This document shows positions 27,101-39,100 of a stretch of DNA of 64,000 nt, in pieces. The notes beneath the pieces are model-generated. The model did not search any database. It saw only the letters and a list, made by a program, of their open reading frames with translations, and was not told the DNA's origin. Each line of letters starts with the position of its first letter. The first letter of the stretch is position 1. The DNA comes from Antedon mediterranea (Eukaryota > Animalia > Echinodermata), in the NCBI RefSeq assembly GCF_964355755.1, contig NC_092678.1:11840352-11904351 (forward strand), in the 5' to 3' direction. The translations under genes and the position numbers were made by a program.

Positions 27101-30100
27101 TTCTTATAACCAATTTGGAAAATGTATCCGGACAATCGTAATATTAGTTTCTGTAAACGGGGTGTACATGGCTGATCTTTTGAATTCCAAATTTGTACAA
27201 TTGCTGAGTGGTCTACGAATGCATCAAATTCGCAACCCTTTAGTAAATGTCGAAATGCTGAAACGTTAATGTAAAGTCCAAATAACTCTAATTCTGTGAC
27301 GCTATATCGTTGACAGGCTTGTGGTAAGATTTTGGAATAATAACCTATTATGTGTTCTTTACCGTTTACTGTTTGTGTTAAATATGAACCTGTTGCGGTT
27401 CTTGAAGTGTCGCTATATAGCGTAAATCTACCTTCTTTTCTAGGCATTTGAAGAGTTGGTGGTTTAACCATTAATTGTTTAATTTCGTCAAATGCTTTCT
27501 GGTGGTCAGTAGACCAAACAAATTTTCGGCGTTTACTCGCGAGTGTATGTAACGGACGTAAAATTGATTGTATTTGAGGGAAAAAATGGGATACATAATT
27601 TACTGCACCAATAAATCGTTTAGTTTCTTTATGGGTTCGTGGGACTGGCAAATTTCGGATAGCTGCACACCTGTCGCCTAATGGTGTGATACATGCGTGT
27701 CCTGAAGAATTAATCAGGATGGTGTGTCCCATATATTGCACTTTTATTCTTGAATAACTTACATTTCTTTGGACAAATTCTAAAACCATTTAATTGTAGG
27801 GCTTGTAAAACGGAAACAAGGTGCTGCTTATGAGCAAATTTGTCTTGGCTAAATAAAATAATATCATCATGATGGGCGATACAGAATTCTCTAGAATTTG
27901 GGATTTCATTTAAAATTTGGTCAATCTTTGCTTGAAATATACCTGGCGAAACGTTTAATCCTTGTGCTAATCTCTTATAATAATAATGCTTTCCACCATG
28001 ATATGAAGCTATACCTGTGTATTGTTGGGCATGTTCGGCTAATGGTACACAGTGGAACGCTGATTTCAAATCAATTACGCTAAGAATCTGTGCATTAGCG
28101 TTACCTATTGTTTTCAAAGTTTCGGCTAATAATGGGAATGGGTGATTAATACGTTTTATCCTGGAATTTAGATAGCGAAAGTCTGTGACAACTCTTTTGT
28201 CTTTTGAATTTTTCTTTGAAACAAGAAGGACAGGGGAAGTATACGATTGGTGTCCTACTGCTAAGATTCCTAGTTTGACTAATTTGTTCAATTCGGCCTC
28301 AATAACATTTTTGTCTTTGTCTGTCGCGAAGTATGGTCGAATAAAAAATGGTTCATCGTTAGAGAGGTGTATGTCAGCTTTGAAGTTTTGGCAGCTAGAT
28401 AGTCCACCATAAAGTGAAAATGCGTTTCTGTTTTGTTGTAAGGTTTTATACAAATCTTCTTTTTCTCTATGTGTTAAAACGCTGTCTGTTAAATCAACTT
28501 GTTTTCTAATTATTTCTTCCTCGGTTAAAGTTAGCAATGGGTCTGTACGTTCTAAATGTGGGTACTTGTTTGCGTTGTCATTGGTCAACTTTATTCTATC
28601 AATTGGTAGGTCGTTAGTAACTGTTACAAGGTTGGTTAAGTGAAGGCTCGCGATAGGTTGATGTGTATTTAGAGATACGTTTCTGTTTGTGTTGTTAGTG
28701 ATATCAATGTTGGTTTCTCCTCTATGTAATTTTACTAACATATCTGATGGACAAAGTTTTGAAATATGGGTGGTTGCATGTAGAACAACATCAGAATTGC
28801 GTACAAAGGCGGGAACCCTTCCTTTTAATTTAACTGTTCTAGTATCACCGGGTTTAAGAAAAATCTTGTGGACGGGACGAAAGCTAAAAATCTTTGGTCT
28901 AATGCGAAAGGTGTTTTCCTTAAAATTTAAAGTACCGTCGAGTTCAGACAATGTTTCGGTTCCAAGTATCAGGTCAATACCTGTCAAATTTTTAACAATT
29001 AACGCTGAAATTTTAAATTTGTGTCCTTGGATAAATAATTCAAATTGCACTAAGTGGTTGGCATATAAGAAGTCACCGTTACCTAATCGAAATTTAGTTG
29101 TGTTCACTTTAACTGGCTTTAAACGCGATAAATAAAGTGAGGAATTAACGTACGATTGTGAGATTATAGTTCTAGTTGAACCACTGTCAAATAAAGTTAA
29201 AACATTTCTACCATCTGGTAAATTTCCTTTAACGTAATTTCTGTCGTTAAGTAACAAATCAATATTATCTGAATTCCCTAAGTATTTTGCCTTAAAATTG
29301 TCGTATTTAGTATGGGGGGCCAGATTATAGGCGGCATCTAGTCCCCTTTTTAAAAATCCTGCTGGTGGCTAGGGTAGTAATTGTTTGACTGTTGGTATGG
29401 GTATGGCGGGGGATAATTTCCGTAAGAGGGGTTTTGTTGTCGGCAGTGCCTTGCTATGTGGCCTGGTTTCCCGCAGTAATAACAGGTTGGGGGAGGTTGT
29501 CTATATCTTGGGGTCGGTGGGGTCTGGAATCGGGGTTTGTATGGGCTTGGGCTTCGGTTTCGTCTTGGGATATAATTTCGGGTGGGGGAACGTGAGCGTC
29601 GAGTATCATCATTAAGGGATCGTTTTGTTGTGGCTATATCTAACTTAAGAGAATTTATCTCATGTTGGAGCGATTCGAGACTATTATCTGTTTCCTTATT
29701 GATATTGAATGAAACTTCCCGTGTGGAATCATCTACGGAAAGGTCAAGGTAATTTTGTGTGCTATTTACGATATTGTCAATAGTGGCATCGATTGGGGTG
29801 GACATGGCTACAGCTGCTCTACATTTTGGTGGAAGGGTCGAAATAAATTTATTCTTTATCTGCTGGTCAGCGTATCCAATTCTGTCTGCGGCTTGTTTGA
29901 TTTTGGTTAAGTGCTTTTCGGCGTTGTCGCCAGTGGTGTATGTAATTGAATCGTATTCTCTTATGTGCGCATAGATTGATTTGTTTTTACTAAACCTGTT
30001 GATGAATTGGGTTTTTAAGGATTCTAGTGAATCGAACTGCTTTCCCTCAATCCAGAGTCTAGCTTGGCCCTGAAGGCTACGTTTGAAAATACTTATTACA

Positions 30101-33100
30101 TTAATTAATTGGGCATTGTTTACAGGGTTTTCTAAAGTGTGGGCTTCAAGGTAGTCGGTAAACGATAAGTAGTGTGCACTACATTGGTCGTGATCGGTTA
30201 TGGAACCGTCATATCTTTTGGGAAGGAAATCGGTTTGTCTTAGGTGGGGCACGGGATGAGGATTGACGGGCTCATTTAAAATTACTTCGTTATCAACAAC
30301 GTCGACCATACTTTATAATATTAATTATTAATCAAATATCAAAAACAATTTAGTGTATATATATGTGTAAACTCTCACTTTTTCAATCAAGGTTACAAAT
30401 CAAAATCAAAATGGTTTTGACTTACCCCAAATGCTTCGGATCCAATTAAAAATGAATTAAAGGAATGCAAAAAGTGTTCAAAGTGTTTAAATGTTCAAAC
30501 AATGAATTAAAAAAATGTTAAAAGTGTTCATCAATGTTCAAATTTTCAAACAACGAATTCAAAAAAATGCGAAAGGTGTTCATCAATGTTCAAAATGGTA
30601 AAAAAAAATAAATGTTAAAAAAAAACGATCGAAAAAAAACGGCGTGAAGTTGAAAGTGTCCAAACGAAACGGTTCTTGTCTGCTTGCTTCTGTTTTGATT
30701 CTTCTTGGGTCTTCCTCGATTATCTTCTTTGTCTTCATCCAATGGTTATAATTTGATAAAATTTCTGCTTGTCTCGATCTCATTCAAATATAATTTCAGC
30801 TTGTCTCGATCTCATTCAAATATAATTTCAGCTTGTCTCGATCTCATTCAAATATAATTTCTGCTTGTCTCGATCTCATTCAAATATAATTTCAGCTTGT
30901 CTTTTGTGTAAAGTAAATTTCTGGTTTTCTCCTTTCAAACAAATATGGTTATTTTTGTCTTCGTCTTCGTCTTCGTGTCTTGTTAAGTGTTTATTTCTTG
31001 TTTTCTCACTCCGTTCCTTATGAAATTTGGGTCTTCCACCATGTAATATAATGTGTTGCGTTGTTGAGGTACTAATGAAGACTCTGACTCGCTTGACTGT
31101 CGTAACACATTGTTTATTCAGTATAATACTTCAGTACAATATACAACTATAAGTATAGATAAGGAACGGACGATCAATGATGCTGTCAGTGAGGTGTGAG
31201 GTGCGTAGGTCTGCTTCTGGAGAAGTGGCTGTAAGGTGTGTGCTCCGTGAGGTGGCTGTAAGGTGTGTCTGGGCCCTTCTGAAACTTGGGAGTATATTGG
31301 CTCAGTTCATTTGCATAATGTCACTACGTAATCTGTGAGGGTAACGATTGGTCCTAAGTTGATCCAGGGGTGTTTAAGTGGGAGTGATTAACGGTATAAT
31401 AAGGTATTTCTGTGATGGATGACACTGTCAAATCTGTACTTAAATAGTGTCGATCACTCCTGGTTTAACGATGGGAAAAGTCACAAAATTAAGCTAAGTG
31501 TTTTCTTTAGGGATTCTATTATAAACTAAATGGTCATTAAAACATCTGGACAAACTCTCCTTTGGACTTTCTGGGTCAAGTTTGTGAACCTATTTGAATT
31601 CCGATACAAAGGTCAATTTCTTAAATATAAAAGTATATCATTGTATTACATTATGCTGAACTTGTTATTGGTGGACACAGCAGAAAATACCAATCAAGCT
31701 TATTTTTTGTCTACAAATCACTATTATTTATACTGACAATGTAATATTAGTTTTCAAGTACTATTAGATTTAAAGCTATCATGGTGTGTGGCAGTACAAT
31801 ATTACAATGTCACTACCACCAACTTACATAACCCAATACCAGATATATTAAAGTTGGTTCCAAATAAAATGTATTATAAAACAAAAACAGTAATTGCACA
31901 AAAAGGATTTCCAATTTGTGCAAAAAGGAAAAGATCGCTTAAATTAGAAGGAAAAGAATTCCGTAGTATACATAGATTGAAAGATAATGATACATAAGCA
32001 AAAGGTGCAACATACAAAATACCAACAACCAAAAGTCAATGTGAAGTCAATGAATCATAATAAACAAATCAAATATATATATATACATATACATATCAGG
32101 CAATGAACATTAATTCTAAACCACCCGGTGATATACTGAAATTTAATTAATTAATTTGAAACGATAAAGATGAGGAAATCTGTGAGAATGAGAAAAAGTC
32201 GCCCCAACCGAGACTCGAACTCGGACCGCCTGCTTGATATGCAGATGTCCTAACCATTAGACCACTGGGGCTTTCATGGTATTGTTTAAACTCGATTGGA
32301 TAACGACTCTTTAACATTCTCGGCGTGGTACGGTGGAACAGCACTAGTCCTCAGTTGTACGCACGCGCACCAGAGATCAAATTGATACGCCCTCATCTTT
32401 CAGTATTTTTATTCACAAGGTGGGATCATATAAGTGTATATGTAATATTTAAGAAGTATTAACTTTTTTTTGTATAATACCAGGATTGGAAGTTTTAATT
32501 CTTGTAATTTTAAGATTTAACATTTTATGCTTTTGATATATGTATAGCGCTTTGAAAGGGCGCCTTATAAGTATTATTAAAAATTGATAAATAAACATTG
32601 TGTGTGCATAAACTTCAGATAAAGGAATTTAACATTTTGAGATAAACTATAGAAAGGTACAGGGTATACACAGTTTTGTTCATACACAGTGAAAGGGTTA
32701 TAAAAGCTTCACACATTGGTTGGTTGTTTGGTTAGAAACACTCTATCCTACCTAATAGGTAATGACTTTCTTGTGTCTAGGCATCTGACACTGTACCTAA
32801 AGACTGATTTTATTGATGAAAAAAAAGAACAATATAATAATAATAATAAAATAAAACATAGCAAGATTTAAATATAAGCATATACAGTATATTGTATTTT
32901 TAATTACTTGTGCACATCTATACAGTGATAATCAATTTTGCAATCAATGACCAGTATTTATTGTTTTATATTCTGCAACATTTCCCATTGTTTCCAATAT
33001 GTAGAAAAAGGAGTGAAAATAAAAGATGATATGCTCACTTTGCCAAAATTTAACGACTCTTCGCCAACTTCTGAGAAGGATGGGTTAACAAAAGCATTGT

Positions 33101-36100
33101 CCTCAGCACTCCTTGTATTAGAAAAATACACTACACCTCCATCAGCATTATTTTTCTATTGATAAAAAAAACGTTCATTAAGTATAATAAATTCACTTAA
33201 TATTTGATCTTTTTCTGGTTACTATAGATGGTCATCAGAAAGTCCATGATGCTGACAGTGAATATCAACACAGTGGGCGGTAATGCTGACAGTGAATATC
33301 AACACAGTGGGCGGTAATCCTTTCATTCAGTTATATTCTTTATGTGACACAAAAGTAGTTGAATGGTATAGAGCAGCTGATCACATTAAGGTGGCCTGGT
33401 TTGTGGTCTTGGCTGAAGTTGCTGATCACATTAAGGTGGGCTGGTTTGCGACCTTGGCTGAAGTTGCTGATCACATTAAGGTGGGCTGGTTTGTGACCTT
33501 GGCTGAAGTTGCTGATCACATTAAGGTGGCCTGGTTTGCGACCTTGGCTGAAGTTGCTGATCACATTAAGGTGGGCTGGTTTGTGGTCTTGGCTGAAGTT
33601 GCTGATCACATTAAGGTGGCCTGGTTTGCGACCTTGGCTGAAGTTGCTGATCACATTAAGGTGGGCTGGTTTGTGACCTTGGCTGAAGTTGCTGATCACA
33701 TTAAGGTGGGCTGGTTTGTGACCTTGGCTGAAGTTGCTGATCACATTAAGGTGGGCTGGTTTGTGGTCTTGGCTGAAGTTGCTGATCACATTAAGGTGGC
33801 TGGTTTGCGACCTTGGCTGAAGTTGCTGATCACATTAAGGTGGGCTGGTTTGTGACCTTGGCTGAAGTTGCTGATCACATTAAGGTGGGCTGGTTTGTGA
33901 CCTTGGCTGAAGTTGCTGATCACATTAAGGATATGTTCAGACTCACGGAGTTACGGTGGAGTTATCTACGCAAGGCGTACGGTAATCCGTGGCGTTAAAA
34001 GTCAAGATGTTCAGACACAACGATTAGCATTCCAAACGTCTTGCGTTTAAAGCGGAAGTTCCGTCATACCGAAACGGCCGATGGCCAACAGAGCTGAACA
34101 ACAGAGCTGAGAGTGACACGCGCGAAAGTTTACAACACTAGCTAGGCCTAGCAATATAATACAATGGTACCTTCAAATGTAATGGTTTTTTTGCCGATTT
34201 TTTTGCAAATCCTTACAGAAGATAGTAATTTCGAACATAATTATTACACGGACAATGACTTTGCCATTATTTGTATGATTTTAATTAATTTTGTGAAATC
34301 ATGTCGCCGACGCCAACTTCGTCAGGAAGAATTTTGCAGTTTAGATGCAATTTCTTTAAAAACAGCCATCTTGTTGCCGGCGCTAGCTTTCCAATTTCTA
34401 TCTTGTCTATAAATTCAGGGCTGCCCCATTATGAAATCAAATCAGCCACTTCTGTACTTTTCCATGTAACACGTTTCATTTTAATTCGAATGTTGCTGTT
34501 GATCTACTAGCTCGAGGAACAGGCTATATTGTTTTGCTATTAAAAAAAACCTCGCGAATAGACTGCTGCTAATTGCGGTCGTGTCTTTTCATTGGCTGAC
34601 GTTGACCGGAGATTGAAATCACTGATGCATCAATGGATTAGCCTTATGAAATCTACCCTCTCCCGCTGGAGTTATTAACGCCACTGGTGCGGAGTAACAG
34701 CTCCCTAACGCTAATCCGCGGCATGGTTCAGACACAAAAATATGTACGCCGCGTACATAACTCCACCGTAACTCCGTGAGTCTGAACATACCCTTAGGTG
34801 GCCTGGTTTGTGGCCTTGGCTGAAGTTGCTGATCACATTAAGGTGGCCTGGTTTGTGGCCTTGGCTGAAGTTGCTGCATAAGTGTTTGCATAAAATTACA
34901 TGGAATATGTGCTCCCTGATGGGACAATTCACACCAAATTTAAATTTGGCAAAATGTTTAGTCTTTTATTTTCTTCAATATCCTGATATTCACAAGAAAC
35001 AATAACAAAATTCAATATTAATATTTTTTTATGATTTATTTAAAAAGTGTGTTTACTAAAAATGTTTGCTCTTTGCCTATTACAAGATGCCTGATAATAT
35101 AAACAACAAAGCAGAAATATAACAATATAAAATATCATTTATACAAAATATATAGTGTACCAACAGAGCATGCATAAGCATAGTATAGACATTACATAGC
35201 AAACAATGCTCTTAAAAGAACTTAGGATTTGAAAAATCCATTTTTGGTATAATAAATGACAATATATATATATTAAATGACACAAACCTTTTTAAATTTA
35301 CTGACAGTAAAACCGCCATCTACTTTTTTAAGATGGTTGTATCGCATTACAAGCAGAGATGTGATTCCAATCACGCAGATGACGGTAAATGAAATGAGGA
35401 TGCCAGCAAACAAACGACTACTACTCATGCTGCCGTCAGTCACGCTCTATCAAAAATCCAAATAAATATAACAGTTAATATAAAAAACCAATTGTGAATC
35501 AATTGTAGACCTATCTTTTATTGTGATTTAGGCAATCTGATTCAAATGACAGGAATCTATTTAGATGTTATATAAAACAAATAATGAATGTTTTATATTC
35601 GTGTAACGGTACAAACAATGGCATTTGGTGATGATGAAAGGTTATATTTCAACACGGCTGTGCTTCGTATAACCTTTTTATTTATAACCTTTCATCATTC
35701 TTTGTTGCCATTATTTGTACCATTACACTCATAAACATTCTTTGTATAATAACACACCCACTATTTTTAAACTTTTATTCAGTTAATCCGCTGCCGTCGT
35801 TTTTAATCAATGCTCAAATCTAGACCATTTAAAAAGGCACCACTTTGATTTTGGCAGTGGAGTACAATTTAAAATAGATGGTGCAAAATATTTCCAAAAA
35901 GCTGCCATGTAATAGAACTATTAGGTAAAACTTTTACTGTGTAATAAAAGTAATATTAAACTAGATTTAATTCGTCACTATGACGAATTATAGGTTATAT
36001 GCATTGATTTAAATAAAGATAATTGATTTTTAAAAGATATATTGATTGATTGATTTTCTCAGAATCTTTAATTATTTATAATATATGATAGGACCTTGCT

Positions 36101-39100
36101 AACGCGAACACCATAGCCGGTATCACAATCCGATCAAAGATCCATATGCGTATAATGTCATAAACCACATTTGTTGTTACATAATAATAAAGACATAAGT
36201 TAATTTTTATCTAGATTTCATTATAAATCATGTGTATAATCTATACACTAAGAAATAAATTTGAACAAACAATACGGATAATAAAAAAAAAAAATCTTAT
36301 TTCGTTTCCCAAGGTGAGACTCGATCTCGGTACCTTGAATGCCATAGACACGAGCACAGACCACCGAGCCGTACACAACTGACTAAAAGTTGTAGAAAAA
36401 TTCCTCCGTGTATTTACTATGCAGTAACCACTTTGATGCAAATAGATTATTACATACCGAAATGAATTATAATTTTTTACTATGATGACATCTTTAAAAT
36501 GTATACAAATGATGCACTGTCAAACTACATACTTTTAACTTTAATATATGAATTTTTGAAGGAAGAAAGTTAATGTTAAGTTTGTTATTTTGGCCTAAGA
36601 AAATGTCATAATTTGTTTGATTGTCGAAATTATGTTTTTTTAATTTAATATGCAATTAATGATGACTTAATCAACTTTTGTTCTCTTAATTTGATAATAA
36701 ATCATACATATGATACATACACTTCAAGAAAATGAAATAAAAAATAGGTGTTCCCCTGCATTCTGACGATATATATTAATTTTAAAATTTAGCATATTTT
36801 CACCATTTTGTTAACTTATACGTGCGTAGCCCGTCACTTTTGACGTGCTCGTATAACGCAATTTCGAGTTGAAACCTGAATCAAATATGATGATATTATT
36901 AAAGAAAGGTTATACAACAGTAATCGGACACAAACAGTGTGCATTAACGTTTGATGCGCAGTGCGCGTGCAAAAATCTGCGCACTCATGGCAATTTTTTA
37001 AACGCCTAAAATTGCCTGAAACGTACTCTAATTTCATCGAAAATAAATTCTGACAATTTTCAACATTTTAAGCGCGCGTACGCATGCGTTATATGCGCTA
37101 CGCACGTAATTGTATTGCCATATTATGAAATATGACCTGAAATTTATGAGTACCAAATTTTGTTTAATTGTGATTCATGCTTGTGAAGATATGATTACAA
37201 ACGTGATTTCGTAAAATCGCGCGTAGACCGCGTAATTTTTGATTACGCATCGTGAAAATATAACCACATCGATTCCTGGCCATAAGGAATATACTCTGAA
37301 AACTTGACTTAGCTAGATAAAACTGATGCCAAGATAATGCATGGACAAAATAGTGCTAAGGAAAGAATAAATAAATAAATAAATAAATAAATAAAGATTT
37401 TGACAGAATCAAGAGGTTATATGCATATCATGCATATAACCTAATTAACTAAGGAAATTGGAAAGATATACACAGGTGTGTCATACATATACACAGGTGT
37501 GTCATACATATACACAGGTGTGTCATACATATACACAGGTGTGTCATACATATACACAGGTGTGTCATACATATACACAGGTGTGTCATGCATATACACA
37601 GGTGTGACATGCATATACACAGGTGTGTCATACATATACACAGGTGTGTCATACATATACACAGGTGTGTCATACATATACACAGGTGTGACATACATAT
37701 ACACAGGTGTGACATGCATATACACAGGTGTGTCATACATATACACAGGTGTGTCATACATATACACAGGTGTGTCATACATATACACAGGTGTGTCATA
37801 CATATACACAGGTGTGTCATACATATACACAGGTGTGTCATACATATACACAGGTGTGTCATACATATACACAGGTGTGTCATACATATACACAGGTGTG
37901 TCATACATATCAATAAATAACAAATACAAAAAATAACAAATACAAAAAATCATTTTTTTTGTTTTATAAAACCACTACTTTTATTCAATTTATCCATCAT
38001 AAATGCTAGGCCAGGAAGCTAGACCATTTAAAAGGCAGATTAGAGCAGTTTATAGACAGCACACATAATAATGTGATGTTCAAACGTGATCAGACAAACA
38101 TTCTAAACATTTTTACAGAAAGATAAAGTGCATTAGAGCTAGTTATATATCAATTTTCTGTTAGGTTGGTCCAATTCCAAATGACATGTGATGCGTGTGC
38201 TGTTTGGAAACCATTACTGTGACTTTTATGATACTTTGAGCTACATACCGTTTCTGGGTAAGCCTGCGTTGTTGTTTTAACAGATGTTGTTAGTGGGAGC
38301 ATTAACACATGCAAGACACCATTTGTTGCTGGAATATCAACCTCTTTTACAATAACATTGTTCACAGTTTTCTCATCCTAAAAAAAAAATCAATATTTTT
38401 TTTTTAAATTTCCTATTCATAAAGATATAAATAAAAATTTTTAACTGTCTTGTTGATTATCAATATATCATAACTACTAATAAGATTCTAATACACACAA
38501 AATGAAGCTGTATTGCTAAGTCAATACAACTCAAAAACCTCAAATAACAAATAATTACTGTAAATTTTCATACAAAGCAAAATGGGTAGACCTACTGTTT
38601 TAAAGTTGATATTTAATGTTAGGCCAGAGTATGCATTGACAGTCTGTGTGGCAGCTAGAAGGTCAGAGGTCAATAAGATGCCAGACACAACATGATTACC
38701 ATCGTTCAGCTGCTCCTAAAAATGTATTATATCAGTTTTAGAGATTAATAAATGTGTCTCTACTGAAACAACTTAACAACCATCACAATGATATTTTATT
38801 CAAGAATTTATGCAACTTACTGATTAGTCTAGTTACACAAATATTGAATATGCTTAAGAGCTGAATTGAAAAAATGTGTTCTCGAATTGAAAGATTTATT
38901 GTTAAATAAAAAAATCAATCTTTTAAAAAATGGATACAAAACCTCCATTGTTTGTTTTATAACACACATGACTTTTGTAAATTTTATTCACTTAATCTAC
39001 CGTTTAAATCTTGAATTGATTGTCAAATGCTAACTAAGCAAAATGTTGGACCAGAGCAGAGAAGTTATAAACAGCGTAGTTTACATAATGTTCATGTTAA

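Larger units (their letters stand above)
23810..29359 (-). pseudogene. pol: Gypsy pol (protease, RT, RNase H, integrase, long C-terminal extension), disrupted
   Basis: LFDSGS protease; RT (DLKSAF, QGLNVSP, HHDD); RNase H (YSDTS, YSVTELE, ADFLSR); integrase HHCC and D,D,E. One extra base near 27742-27745, TAA at 25366-25368 and 25276-25278, LINE insertion at 24207-25027. Confidence 0.9.
22317..31650 (-). mobile_element. Ty3/Gypsy-type LTR retrotransposon, structurally full length, pol disrupted
   Basis: Two 609-bp LTRs (TG...CA); 4-bp TSD TTAT; TGG-starting PBS next to the 5' LTR; polypurine tract next to the 3' LTR; gag then PR-RT-RH-IN order. Confidence 0.96.

Noticed and set aside
38821-38860. 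40-bp segment with good acceptor and donor on the minus strand
   Set aside because: Inclusion would shift the frame between two phase-0 FAS1 exons; at most a poison or cryptic exon.
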